A DNA stretch of 59,655 nt, the filler included, from Sphacelaria rigidula (taxonomy: Eukaryota): NCBI GenBank assembly GCA_964200075.2. It is 9 parts of 9 records of this genome, joined end to end, with 100 filler letters (N's around TTAATTAATTAA, not from the genome) between each part and the next. Parts side by side here need not be neighbours in the genome. Positions count along the whole stretch, not along the records: positions 19,921 to 26,460 come from CAXNAA020019464.1; positions 26,561 to 33,099 come from CAXNAA020019465.1; positions 33,200 to 39,738 come from CAXNAA020019466.1; 6 more parts are not named here. One strand, 5' to 3'. Position 1 is the stretch's first letter. The number at the start of each line of letters is the position of its first letter. The notes beneath the pieces were generated by a model, which worked only from the letters and a program-made list of their open reading frames with translations, was not told the DNA's origin and did no database searches. The position numbers and the translations under genes were made by a program. Shown here piece by piece: positions 24,718 to 37,322 of this stretch.

Positions 24718-26932
24718 GTGGGTCACTGTGAAGGAAGAACCCAACGCATGTACAGTAGAGAAAGGGTGGGCAAAACAAGATGATCAAGGCGTGAGCCCTG
24801 CACGTAATATCTCATACCATCGATGTGTCTACTGCTGCTGAGCAACAGCACTGGTTGCCCCAAGTTTGCCGACGTGAAGAAACCCATGTAGTGACGGTCC
24901 TCTGAAGTGTAGTGACGATCCCCTGAAGTGTAGTGAAGATACCGCTTGTCGAGTGTATGTGATGTGTCGAAATGTAGGCTGACGTGAAGATACCAGTGGA
25001 GTGGCGACATGTTGCGACGGGTAGCGGAAGCGAATCCATACGACTTGACCTAGCAAATGACTTTTCACAATGCCGCACATCAATCAAATCATGCTAGGGG
25101 CCATTCGTAATTGCTGGGCGTAGACCATTTCTCGCCTTCCAGGGTAACTCCCAGCACAGATGTCTCGCATGTTGATCAATAATTCATATGGACCCACAAA
25201 GAATGGTCCGAACAATTACCCGAGCAGTCCTGTGTGTGCGCTCAGGGTTCTTTGGTACGAAATTGCAGACAGCGCAAACACGCTGCCCCCGCATGTAGTA
25301 CAGTGCAAACACCATGCGATCACGTACCTGGCTAACACAGTGCAAACACCATGCGAACCCGTACCTGGCTAACATGGGTAGGTACCGCGGCACCAGATCT
25401 AATAGAAGCGTGACATGAAAGACACATCTGAACCGCGAACATTGCACGCGGAGTGCGGTCTCTGAATATCTGACTGTTCGCAAGCAATCAACAGCCTTTA
25501 TATATACCTTACCTCCAGGTGGACTTTACCCCCAACTGCTGGCTATGTGTACTCTGCGCACGCATGTTCGCCGGTTACCGTCTCGGGCCACTTCACTCTC
25601 TGGTAGTGGGGCAACAGCACTTACCTGCAGCCTGCAAAGCACTTAGTACATAATGCGCACGTTGTACTGTACAGTAACATCCAGACCTCTTATGAAAGAA
25701 TGTGTTCTGCACTGAGAGGCGTAAATAGAATTCCAAAATTCGCTCGTTTTCCAGCGCAAGCTCGTGTACAGGCGAACGCATGCTGTCTACAGCATTCTGT
25801 TGTAGCGATCGAGTGCGTGGGTTACCACGCCGTGAATACACAGGGCCGTGCATAAGGGTGCACGACAGGCTGTACTTACAGTGCCACTTTGGCGTGGGAA
25901 ATATTAAAGCACGAGACAGCTGCGTGTTACAGCTCGGATCTGTCCAGCTTCGATGGTTTCCTCCAAAAATCAAATGGCATGCAAATGTGCGGCACCTAAA
26001 ACACGACTGTCACCGTATGCGGGCACAACGCGAAACAGGGCAGCTCTACAGCGATGCGACTATGCAGTACTGCTGATCTTCTCGATTGGTCACCATGTCG
26101 TGGTCGAGTCTCAGGGTGGCGTATCAAGTTCGTGGGACATAGGCTGGGAGTGGTGTACCACCAGCGGCCAGCATAACCGTTACTGCAGCAAACAATTGTG
26201 TCGCACCAGAGACTCACCAGAGAGTTCGCTTCAAACAGGCGATATTTGCCGTAACTTATCTTTTTTCACTCCGCATGTCAAAAAGTTCTCTACAAGTGCT
26301 TGATCTCTCATACAATCCCTCAACTGGCGTGTGGCACGCTCTTCTGCTCGGCCACCCGGTCAGAGGGAGGTCGGCGAAAATCGACGATGAATAACACCCC
26401 CTAAGTTCAAATTGGATCTATCTGTTATTGCCGTAGCATCACCCTTGCTGGCATGTGTGTNNNNNNNNNNNNNNNNNNNNNNNNNNNNNNNNNNNNNNNN
26501 NNNNTTAATTAATTAANNNNNNNNNNNNNNNNNNNNNNNNNNNNNNNNNNNNNNNNNNNNCCCCCCCTATCGTAGGATGACTCGTACATTGTTTTACAGT
26601 AGAATCCATTGTTCAGGGTGTGGGTGACTCTAGCCGCATTGTCAATGTAGAACGGTACTGCTGCCGTATGTTGGAGAAGGCGGGCAGGCATCTGACTGCA
26701 CAGACACCATCCACCTTGTGCGTTGGTTCTTCGTGGAATATGAACAGCGGGACCGCCAGCTTCACCCGAGCTGACTAGTTCTGGGGATACGTCCTTATCC
26801 CCCGCTGCGCTGCTCTGTGCTTCTGAATAGTGATGGGTGAGAACGTGTTGTCACCCGAGTATTGTTGTGTGTTGGATGAGTCTTCGTTTCTGCTATCGGC
26901 GGCGCCGAAGACTTCACGCCATCGTCGGCGTG

Positions 26933-29900
26933 TCATGGGTCGTTGCGACCCGTCATGAAAGAACCAGGGTTTCTGGCATTGGGGTTGGTGTTGTCGTGAG
27001 TCGGCCCTGTTCGCTGGTGATCACCATGCGAAGACTGAGAAGGGCGGAAAGCACTATCTCTATGGCGAGTCCCTGAGACTGTGTTAGTGGTGTGGCGGCG
27101 GTCGCGATTTGAGCGAGAGTCGCTATGAGTTCGGTAAGGTTGGCGAGGGTGGCGAGAAGGTGGAGTATACTCGCGCATGCGTTTTTGCCATCGGCGCCAC
27201 GCCTGCCTGTTGCTCTGAAGTTCAGCGTTCATGAGCGAAAAAATATTGATGCAAGGTTCAGGGCAATCTCGCATACTGTGGCCAGTACCATTGCAGTTGA
27301 TGCATGTGTTAGCATGGCGACGAAAAGCATCCCTGCGAGCCGAAGGCGATAGCAAGGGGGTCCACAAATGTGGGTTATCGGTGATGAAAGCAGTCGTGGA
27401 AACGACATAAACGTCATCAAAAGTGTCTGCCAAAAGAGGCCAAGCATCAAAGCTTGCACGGAACGGGTCTCTTTTGTTACGAACAAGCATGACCGATCCA
27501 CGGACAGAGTTTGGCGTCCACGTATTTTTGGATAAAGTCTGAGTGCGTCCACGAGGTCCGGAGGTACTCGTTGAAGCGGCACGCAAGGTCTGCGAAGACC
27601 CAGAAGAACACTGTGCGCCACGAATGGTAGACGTTAAATTATGTTCCTGACCTACAAACGCATTCCACATCGCGTCTACAGAGGCGTAAGGCACCTCTGT
27701 GTGTGTCAAAGCGCCCGGAAACAAAGACAACATCAGCGTCGGAAATTGCTGAGCGATACGATTGCGAACGTATGTTTGGCACATAGCATCACTAGGGCCA
27801 TTCTGTCGCCCGGTACCATTCACACTCGACACCAAAAGCTTGAATTCGCGGAGGTAGTCAGCAAAGGGCACGGCTGTCGCGACGGCGAAGGAACTAAGGC
27901 GTTTGATGGCGCCTGCCTGATCAGACTTATCGAAGTACCCTATGAAACCCCTTTCCAAACTGCTGAATAATAACGGCGCTGGTTGCCCACGGGTACGATC
28001 TTGGCCCACGGCGGCGAAGAAGGAATCGAGAATCTGCGTCAAAGAGGCAACAACGTCAGGGGAGCGATGGCTGATTGAGCGGTGCAAAGTCTTATGCAGT
28101 GGTGTTCGCCAGCCATCGATCCAGTCAGAGTCTTCGAAACGCTGTTGACCAGTTGTATCGGCCAACTCAAGAATATTGCGCATCGTTCGACGTATTGAGG
28201 AAATGAGAGCGGACGTAAACTAACCAGAGTTCTCATTGTCTGCAGCAGGCATGGTTTTGATATGCCATAATTTCTTAACATCAATCTGCAAATATTCGCG
28301 CTTGATCGCGGCGACACGAGAAGCTTCTCTACGAGTATCAGCAGCGGCTTTGTCAGCCGCAGCTTGTTGTTTAGCAGTGGCGGCGGCAGCTAGTGACCGA
28401 GCCGAGTTGGAAGGCAATGGGCGAGCCGAATTATCACTGTCACTATCCGTGAGACTTAAGATGCGAGCAGACGCATCAGCCAAAGGAGGCGTTACTTGCC
28501 TGACGGCCGAGGGGGGCCGGTCGGTCCGCATTGAAGCATGGTGGCGGTGTCGTGCAGTCGACGAACCCGAAGACTGGTTGCCAGCCCGTTTGTGAGTGCC
28601 GCGAGTTGATCGTCGATTGTTGTTGGTAAGACGGTGGGGCCCGTGCCCACGGCGTGGTGCAGCCCCGGAAGGGTCGTCGTCAGAGTCGTCATCGTCATGA
28701 CGACGGCGAGGGGGTGCGGGGTGATCCAAGCTCCATCATTGTCGGGCGGCAGTGTGTTGCGGGCTGCCCGCATGGCGGCAAAGAGGGCGGCAACGGCGGT
28801 CTCATATTGAGGACGAGCGTCCCCGGTACCAATCGTGAGATAAAACACGATCCGTTCAATGGTGAGAGCGCCGGGGTCGTTGCGCGGGAGCTGTCCACCT
28901 TGTTCGAGGAAGGGGACGATCACACCAGTGACGGGCAGGATGAGGGAGCTCCAAGCCTGCTCAGAGGCGCGGAGTACGTTGTTGAGATTGTACTCCCCCG
29001 AAAGTCGACGGAGCGTCTAGCCGAACCAAGCCCGTTCGCTACTCTGCAGATGCAGCCCGGGTGTGGCGGCGGGGGGCACCGAAGCCCAAGGAACCTGCAG
29101 TGGGGCAGGCGAGGTGCGCATAGGCGAAGTAATAGAAGCCGCGGCATCAGCGTGTAGGCGCGAGGGCTGACGTTCTTCCGTTGAGCCGGAAATGGCGGCA
29201 GAGGGTGCAGGCGCGGGTTCGCTTGACATGGTCCTCAGAAGAGGAACGTGTTGCTCCTGTTCGAGGGAACGTAAAGCCGTGGTCGCAGTCTCTGTTGCGG
29301 TGGCGCATTGACGCAAGCGATGTTCATCGCGTCGAATGGAGTCACGTATCTGGTCGAGCTCAGCAAGGCGTTCAGTGAGAGTGCGTTGAGCCGCCCGCTG
29401 ACGGGTGGTTGCCGAAGCGACCACCTGGCGTTGGCGCATCAATTGTGCCGTGAGGTCGTCATGAAGGCGACGGTGGGCATTGTCGTCCGCTGTTCGGCGG
29501 GGCGAAGGTGGTGCTGGGGCCGTGACCGGTTCGAAAGCTTGGTATTCGTCCAAAATGTGTTCGTGGTCGGCGCGGGTGCCACGAAGCCAGAGCCGGGGCG
29601 GAAGGCCCGACGGGCAATGCTCGACGCCTAGCTAGGGGCGATCGTCCGTGTCGGGCTCGGGGGCAGGCGCCGGAGCCGAGCCTAGGGCAGTAGAATTTGG
29701 TGGCGAAGGGGCCGATGTCGCCGAGGCGGCCGTGGCAGGGGCGCGGCCCTGATCCGCCGTGGCGGAATCCGCGGGGGCCGCCGCACGGGGAGCGGGGGGT
29801 GTGACACGGGTGCTCTCGGCATCCGTGTCAGTGTCGGCTGCTGTAGAAGGGGCAGTGGCTGCGATTGGCGCAGTAGTCAAAGGTGCAGGAGCATTGGCCA

Positions 29901-31207
29901 TAGTTGCAGCGGAACGTAAGTAGCAACGAAGATCTGCAATTTGTCGTTCGACATCATGCACAGTGGCAGCATCAGGATGGGGCGGAAGGGCACGGTGAGT
30001 GCTGTGTCCGCCGCGCAAAGGTGCGTGGATATTAGCCAACGAAGCATCAACGGGTAGTCGTGAGCTTACATATGTCTGATCGACAGATTTAGGTCGTGAA
30101 GATCCCGTGGTTGAAGATAGTCCCGATAACAGAGCACGTACATCATGGGCATGAGTAGTGGTATCACCGTGGTGAACAAGGTCGTCATGATCCAAATCAA
30201 AATCAGAAACAAAATCTGAGGTTGAACGTACATTATCAGAGTCGGCAGCCAGTGGTGCAGAGGCTTGATGGTTCATATCACTGTCAAAGCGAACATGATC
30301 AGAAGGCGTTGAATGTTCTACGGCTGTGTGAAACGCGGCCGCAAGCGCTTGTGAAAGGGCAGCTGTCGCCGGACCGTCAGAAATGACAGCCGGTGATGAA
30401 CAAAGCAAGTGCTCAAGAGCCGTTTCTAAAGGCAAGTGCTCTGTGGAAGGCGCTTCGGAGCAACCAAGACGCGAGGAGGATGGTCGGCGCGAGGTGCGGT
30501 GAACAGAAATGTCCTCACGATACATGTCTTGTCGGCGCTGGGGCTGGGAGGCGTCGTAACCCTCAACATCGCGAGCGCGGGGTGAGTCAACAACCGCGGT
30601 AGAAGCCTGAAGCGGGTGGCAGTCCACAACAGTGGCGACGCGTGGCGACTCATCAGACATGAGGGAGCCCGAGACTGAGCCCGTTGCATAACAGAGCGAG
30701 CAGCGCGTGCGACTCGTCGACCATGTTGGAAGTCTTGGACAGTGTACGATCCGCGACAGAGCGAGCGCGGAGCGGCTCGTCGATAGTGCCGGGAGTCTTA
30801 GGGAATGAACGATCCGCGACAGAGCGAGCGCGAAGCGACTCGTCGATAATGCCGGGAGTCTTGGGCAATGAACGATCCGTGACAGAGCGAGCGCGGAGCG
30901 ACTCGTCAATAATGCCGGGAGTCTTGAACAGTGTTCGCTTCGCAACAGAGCGAGCGCGGAGCGTCTCGTTGCCAATGTTGGAAGTCTTGGGCAGATGGCG
31001 ATCGTGGGCACCAGCAGCAGCTAAGTAATGAGACGTGTAGTCGCCAGAGCTGCGAGTCGAAGCTCTGTCGGAGTTCACTTCGTGTACGGGGGAAGTAATA
31101 GTGAAGGGTTTTGGTTTTGAAGGGATTGAGAAAAGCAAACGCTGACGGCGTAAAGATTCGCAAGTAGGCAAGACCGAGGAGGAAGTTATTTTCTGCGGTT
31201 GCGCCAT
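26933..31207 (-). pseudogene. Disrupted ~1,400-codon Gag-like ORF1 of an LTR retroelement
   Basis: ORFs 30653-31207, 29632-31011, 29017-29553, 28492-28923, 28220-28729 and 26933-28183 join through two frameshifts and three single in-frame TAG codons. The C-terminal part has a retrotransposon Gag-like helix (FADYLREFKLLVSSV) and a CCHC knuckle CINCNGTGHSMRDC. Confidence 0.75.
30690..31000 (-). repeat. Five 63-bp tandem repeats (21-aa unit, KTPGIIDESLRARSVADRSLP-like) in the ORF1 N-terminus
   Basis: ACAGAGCGAGC recurs at 30690, 30756, 30819, 30882 and 30945; the last four have an exact period of 63. Confidence 0.92.
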
Positions 31208-31881
31208 ATTAAAGTGAAGAGGTAGAAATAGACGTCAGACACCAGAGTACAAAGGTTCTGGTATAATAATAGCGGGTAGTGTAGGCTCGGCAGGAGATTG
31301 TAAGTACCGAAAAAAAGAAATAATTAAGCAGAAAAGACTACAGAATTTTAGAAACGGAGTTACACCAAACTAGAGTAGACTGCTGTGATAATAACAATCA
31401 GCGTAATCACGGCAATTCCAAGTACCAAAAGGCAGACAGCAGAGCAAAAAGGTGGAGATTATTAAGCGCCGAAAAGGGAGAATCTGCGGCGGAAATAAGA
31501 CACCTCTAGAGAAAACTGTATATGGGGGAGTAGGGGGGGGCGCACGGAGGGTGACCAAAGGCGTAAATAGTCGCAAGGGAACAAACTCACCGATAAACCC
31601 AGATAAACCCAATAGAGGTCGCACGAGGGGTTTGGTGCGAGAGTAAAAACTAACAATGAGGCGACTGTGAAAGGAGACAGACACCCGGGCAAATGTCCTA
31701 CGGGCGCGCTGTGCACGGCAAATATGACAGGTATACGTAGTGGTCAGGCACACGCTGGAGAAGGGTATTGCAGTGGTGCAAGTAAAATACCGCACACAGG
31801 AGGTGTAGAAAAACACCACTCGAGACCGCGGAAGGAGGCACCAATACTAGTGTAGAATACGTTGCTAAAAAGTGGTAAAAA

Positions 31882-31898
31882 CCCCACCGTCGACGCCA
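31882..31898 (-). promoter_or_regulatory. Putative primer-binding site (tRNA-Ser-like) next to an LTR 3' end
   Basis: The minus strand reads ...TATCACA C TGGCGTCGACGGTGGGG: a CA terminus followed by a TGG-initial 17-mer complementary to a tRNA 3' end (CCCCACCGUCGACGCCA), ~680 bp upstream of the ORF1 ATG. The tRNA identity is inference. Confidence 0.7.
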
Positions 31899-32265
31899 GT
31901 GTGATATAGAGGGGGGTATAGACTGGTTCCACACCTTCCTAGCTATGATCAATGTGCTGCAAGCTTGAGTAGGTGCGCAAACGCACTAGGTGTCCGAGTA
32001 AAACAAGCTGCAAATGCACACGTGCAGATTCACGTGACTGTTGGTCACAGTAGCAACAAACAAAAGGAGCTCAACGGCTTGATATCTTTTTAACTCTCAC
32101 TGGTTATTCCCTTGTTCGCCCAGCACACTGTTCTCACCAATGATAAACAGTAGGAGCAGATGGTCCGGCTCGAAGGGTAGCTCAAGAGTGAGCGAGGGTG
32201 TATGAGGCACGGTAGAGCAACCTATTTTTGAACTCGGCCCGGGAAGGCGTTTCGCCTCCCCGGGA

Positions 32266-32375
32266 CTAGGGCACACCAATCTGTATACTACTCTTCCCCA
32301 GCTAGGGTACGCCAGTCTGTAGGCTACTCTTCCCGAGCTAGAGTAGACCAGTCTGTACACCAATCTTCCCAGAGC
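32266..32375. repeat. Three 36-37-bp tandem repeats, probably within the LTR
   Basis: CTAGGGCACACCAATCTGTATACTACTCTTCCCCAG / CTAGGGTACGCCAGTCTGTAGGCTACTCTTCCCGAG / CTAGAGTAGACCAGTCTGTACACCAATCTTCCCAGAG. Confidence 0.8.
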
Positions 32376-33767
32376 TATGGGAGCATTCCCCGTGGACAGA
32401 TCGGATGATTTGTAAGCCAACCTGCCCCAAAGTTGTCTGTGGGAACAAATAACGCCTCTCTGTGATCCTTTCTCATGACACTCACCCACCTAGACGAACC
32501 TCTATTTGAGTTGCGATGAAATCTCAGGAGCAACTAAATTGATGCTTATCTCACCCATCAAGTCATGAGGAGACAACGCAAAAAACAAACAAACAAGAGG
32601 GCAACGAACAGCCTGGTGCCCGATCCTCCCACGCCTCAAAGAAGAAAAACCGAACGTGCCTCACAAAGCGCAACTACGCAATTGCGGTTGACTGCGCAGG
32701 AGCACACAATGCTGCTGCGAGCTAGCGAACAAACGGGAAACGCACACAATGCTTTGACGCGCTAGCTAGATAAAAAGCAAAGCAAAACCCCGCAAAGGAC
32801 ACAGTGGTAATTTCAAGCAGGAGGCAAAACTCAAAGACTCGAATAGGGTCGAGTGTCAGCCAGACAAAGCGGCGGGCAGCGTAGGGGCCAATGGAAGGGG
32901 ACGAAGGGATCCAGAAGAAGTCGTCGAAGAGGTTGACGAGGGCAGAGATGAGCCGCGATAGGAGAGCCAGCGTAGGTGAAGCAGTGAAGAGCAGAGCGTA
33001 CCTGAGGGGGGACGAAGGAAGTACCAGAACCAAACTGGGAGGGGAGACACAAATCACGTTAAAAGGGAGGGCGAAGAGATAGAACTCAAGATGGTACATN
33101 NNNNNNNNNNNNNNNNNNNNNNNNNNNNNNNNNNNNNNNNNNNTTAATTAATTAANNNNNNNNNNNNNNNNNNNNNNNNNNNNNNNNNNNNNNNNNNNNT
33201 TTGGATGACAGCCAACGATGAGTTGATTTATTCTGTGGCATCGTCACTTCCAGAGACAGCCACGGCTTTTACACTGCCTCATGGGTATCTAGGGGAGATA
33301 TAAAACTAGAACATGCCTTGTATATAGAGAAGAAAAGAAACACAAAAAAGATAAAAGAACCATGGAAGCGAAAAACGAAAAAAAAAAAAAACATGTCGGG
33401 TGTCGAACCCATGGTATTTTTCATTGCTGACGCAGCAATCTTTGTCAACTGGCCTATATAGGCATGTCGCTTGAATACAATGATGTGAACGACGTTTTTG
33501 TGCGGTAATTTGAAATTTCTTACTCAATCGTGGCGTAATCGTTGTCGCGGTAACGAACAAACGGGGGAATTGCGATATTCGCCTGGTAATATTTCTGGTG
33601 GAATTGGGATAAGATGTTCCGCTTCAGGATTGAGCTGGTACTTCCAATGTATCCCTGTAACAATTCGTGTAGGAAAGGGAATTCCACTTCATCACGGTAA
33701 CGGTAACGTCAAAAACTATCGCGGGATTAACTCTTTTGGGACCGGACCCCCACTAACACAGGGTTGA

Positions 33768-34074
33768 CCCTGTGGTAGTGAAATAATTGAAAATAAGTGT
33801 TCGATCGACCTGCCCAACCACCGCGAGACGAAAATTATCGACCAGACCCGAACGACCAGCGCAGGGATTGTTGTCGAGTGTCATGCCGCTGCAAAGATCG
33901 TGTGGGGGCTCTATCCCTGGCCCAGATAAGCCTCTCCAGGTTTCCAAGTGCAGGGTGGTCGTGGCTTGTTTTTATGGTATTACGTGCACTCAGTATGCCA
34001 TTCCCGAGTTTTTCCGCAGTGTTTTTTGGGTCCCAATTCTATACTTAAACGTAGTAATTTACACTAACACAGGG
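33768..34074. mobile_element. Probable MITE with CCCT...AGGG termini
   Basis: CCCTGTGGTAGTGAAATAATT is near-complementary to GTAATTTACACTAACACAGGG. No clean TSD. Confidence 0.5.
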
Positions 34075-35261
34075 TGGGCCGGAGAAAACCGGGAAGGAGT
34101 GTACATGCCACCATGTGGTCATTTTCACGAGGCACAAAACCCAGGTGGGCTGTGAAAAGACAAAAGGAGCTACCGTCATGAATTCTGCGTATCCCTCTGC
34201 GGATGACTTGCAGTGTGCAGTCCACATGTATGTTGTGGACGGGGATGACAAAGCTGTATATAGGCAGCTGATTTCGGTAGCTGAGAATTGCCCAGACCGT
34301 GCAAGGGAGTATGCAGCGGCAGCTGCTGCTTCAGTGGGAGAGGCATACTAGACTGTACTGTACTATACTGTTGTATGCATGCGCCCCGCAACGCTAATAC
34401 CGTTGGAAGAGAATTTCCCGCATGCAACAAGGTGGAAAATGGTGGCCCACCCCGACCACAAAGGGCTCTGTGGCAAGGTGATGGGGACACAAGTATCATC
34501 CAAAGCCACAAGTGGCGGGCGGCCCGCCGGTCGTCGCATCCTGTTTGAAGCTCTTTACCACGACCCATACTGCTTGCTACATTAGATGTACACCACCTAA
34601 TGCGTACCCTGCACCTGAAAATAACTTTCGGTCTTTGTCATAAATCTGCGGTCACATACGCGGATTTTCAGCAACACGCCACTGTTTCGTGCAGACGCCA
34701 GACACGTCATTCCTGACCAGCCTCGTCAGTCGTTCTGGAGGCGCGGTCCCGATAGGCTTCTGCTTTTTGTGCGCGTTTCCCATTTTTTTCATGTTCAAAA
34801 GTGAACATTATGCTCCGATTTTTGCGTATTTTGGTGAAATATGCGTGACTTATGCGCCTTCTTCGCGCCCTTCTTGAGACGGTTCCTGGCGGCACCGCCC
34901 ATGGAACGTACTTTCCAGCAAGAAAACAAGACGGCACGTTGAACAATTCGAGATATCATTTTATATAAATATATTTATATTTCTCATCAGTTTCACATAC
35001 ACATAAAGAAGCTCACATATAGCACCATAACCGATTTCAGACCCGCAACAAAATTCAAAACAAGAAATTGCGAACACAAACGCCACGACTCCACGAACCA
35101 CGCCACATGGAGCACCCGTGGGCAGGTACTAGCTGCTGGACATGGGGTGCATAATCCCGTTGGAGTAGTATATGCGCCAAGTTATGCGTAAAAGCCTCTA
35201 TGCCTTCGATATGCTGAAATCTCCAAAAATATATGTTAAAACCCCCCCCGCATATAACGAC

Positions 35262-35551
35262 GTTTTCGTGAGATTGCGAGTAGAGCGCTAATTGAGAGTG
35301 GCTTTGATCAGTCGCTTTTAACTTGGCCAAATTTTCATCCCGTGTGTAGTTCTCTTTGCCTCCATCACTAGCGTGTGCTTACAGCTACACGTCAACATCC
35401 TACTCAGGGACATTGAGGGCCTCAGTGGCAAGCTACTGCAGAAAACATATCGGGCGTCGTTCGGGAGCATTTCGGAACTGAAATGATTCATTCACTAATT
35501 GAACGCTTTCCACTCTCAATCGTATCCCCTACTCTCAATCTCGCGAAAACA
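35262..35551 (+). mobile_element. MITE (~290 bp); second copy at 57673-57940
   Basis: ~40-bp TIRs GTTTTCGTGAGATTGCGAGTAG...TTGAGAGTGG / CCACTCTCAA...CTACTCTCAATCTCGCGAAAAC. Internal CAGCTACACGTCA and CAGTGGCAAGCTAC are shared with 57673-57940. Confidence 0.8.
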
Positions 35552-36098
35552 TTGTGAAATGCTCATGCGCAAAACCCCATTTTATGCGAAACTGCAAGCG
35601 CGCATAAAAAGCTAAAGCCTAGGTCCCAGAAGGGTTGATGAAACGTTTCGGACCGGAAAACGCTTTCTTGTCACTTCATAGTGCAAATATCTCACGAGCG
35701 GAGTGCGGAATAAACAAAAACACCTTATTATAAAAAAAAAGTCAACCTTTAAACCGGAAGGGTAGTCCCATCTCGATCATGCATCCTTTTTTCAAGTAGA
35801 ATTGATACCGATTCAACAGATCACCTATTCTCGCCATCTAAGGGTCAAGTAAGGGGACACCACATTTGACGGAGGGGGAAATGCTTTTGCGTTAATCTCT
35901 GCTCTTGAGATTTTTTGCACTATGAAAACGACAAAAAAGGCGTTTTATTGATCAAGCGCACCGTAGGGGTGAGCTATTTATCGCAGAACAACAGCTCAGA
36001 CCGGCGATCACAGCAAGCACCTCGGTAACAATTGAATGTGTTTTGGCTGGCAGAAATTGTTCCACGTCACGTCTTTAAGCAAGAACAATCTCCTGGAG

Positions 36099-36450
36099 GC
36101 CGGTCGCCCCGGTGGCTTAGTTGATAACCACGACATCCTTTGACTGTTGGGTCGTGGGTTCAAATCTCGGAGCGATCTGGGATTTTTTCTCACACAATGC
36201 CCAACAGGGGAGAGCGACCATGTCGTTGGTACACAAAATGCAACTCGATGATTGACGAGGGAAAGAGACTGCTGAACCCCTCTCGCGATGAAACATGAAG
36301 TCAAGCGCCGCAAAAGGAAGGTGGAGAAAAAAAAAACTCCCGTGTTGACCTTCCCCCTGTATGACCCCGGCCGGTGCACCCACATATTCCGAAAGGTGTA
36401 GACCGACGTCTAGAATAATAGATGGGACGACAACACACTTACACAATACA
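36099..36450 (+). mobile_element. tRNA-derived SINE family 1, near full length
   Basis: Head with A-box TGGCTTAGTTGA and B-box GGTTCAAATC, followed by a ~280-bp body and an AC-rich tail. Four other copies or fragments occur in different contigs. Confidence 0.85.
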
Positions 36451-37029
36451 TAGCGTTCGAGACACAAAGACCCCTGTCTAGGTATTATGGATGTATATGA
36501 CAGAGGCACCCTCTCTCCTCTTACGACAACATATTATGACATACAGCCTATACGAGAAGGGAACATTACGCAAACGAGACTCGTGTCCGCTAGCAACGGT
36601 GTCTCCGGCTTTCCTGCTGGACTGACCATACCATGGTGTACTGTGTAACTGCTGTCCGCATGTCTGGTTGGTTGTACACGTCGTCGCGTCGCATGCGCTT
36701 GAGCCACCTGCACGCTAATTGATTATTGCCGAGCTAAACACCAGTATATGTGTACGTGGATTAATTCGGGTACATGCGGTGCAGATTGATGATATATTAT
36801 GGGTACCTGATATCGTCTGCGGTAACGGATTGTGTTATGACTGGATGTATGACATATAAGGGAACCCTATTACGGTCCTCCCCGCCCGGTTCAGTTCTGT
36901 TTTTGGTGCATTTTGGTCATCGCATTTTGGGTGGAGAGAGCAGCTCGGCTGGAGCTTGCACGGTTGATGTTTGGTGAGTGGAGGTTATAAGAGTTGAATA
37001 CAAGAAGAAGTTATACACATTTCCCTGTC

Positions 37030-37322
37030 CAGAGCACGTCCTCTACGGGACGTTCCCTTTATCTCGGGATGAGTCCGTGGTCTCAAGGGTCCGACCCATC
37101 TTTCCCCCGGTGCGCGCCTCACATTTTGGCCTCGTGGATTGGATCAGTACTCCCGCACCGCGTCAACTCACGTCACACAAATCCAGTCGACAACTCACGT
37201 TCTCACGCTTTCCACGGTGGAAATCATACATTACGAAGAAAAAACCGAACGCATCGGGAGTCGAACCCTCGTTCTCTCTACCCTGATGGCGACAGTAGGA
37301 CCATTACACCACCGGGTCGCAG
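37030..37322 (-). mobile_element. tRNA-derived SINE family 2; fragment also at 46478-46548
   Basis: The minus strand has TGGTGTAATGG (A-box) and GGTTCGACTCCC (B-box). CACGCTTTCCACGGTGGAAATCAT...TTACGAAGAAAAAACC is shared with 46478-46548. The 3' boundary is approximate. Confidence 0.7.

Noticed and set aside
34150..34351. Protein-like peptide (AVHMYVVDGDDKAVYRQLISVAENCPDRAREYAAA) as a host exon
   Set aside because: No recognisable domain, no clear splice sites and no neighbouring exons.
36099..36175. tRNA gene (also 37250-37322, 41135-41195 and 59345-59430)
   Set aside because: A/B boxes are present, but there is no proper acceptor or anticodon stem. The 36099 and 37250 heads run into repeated SINE bodies.
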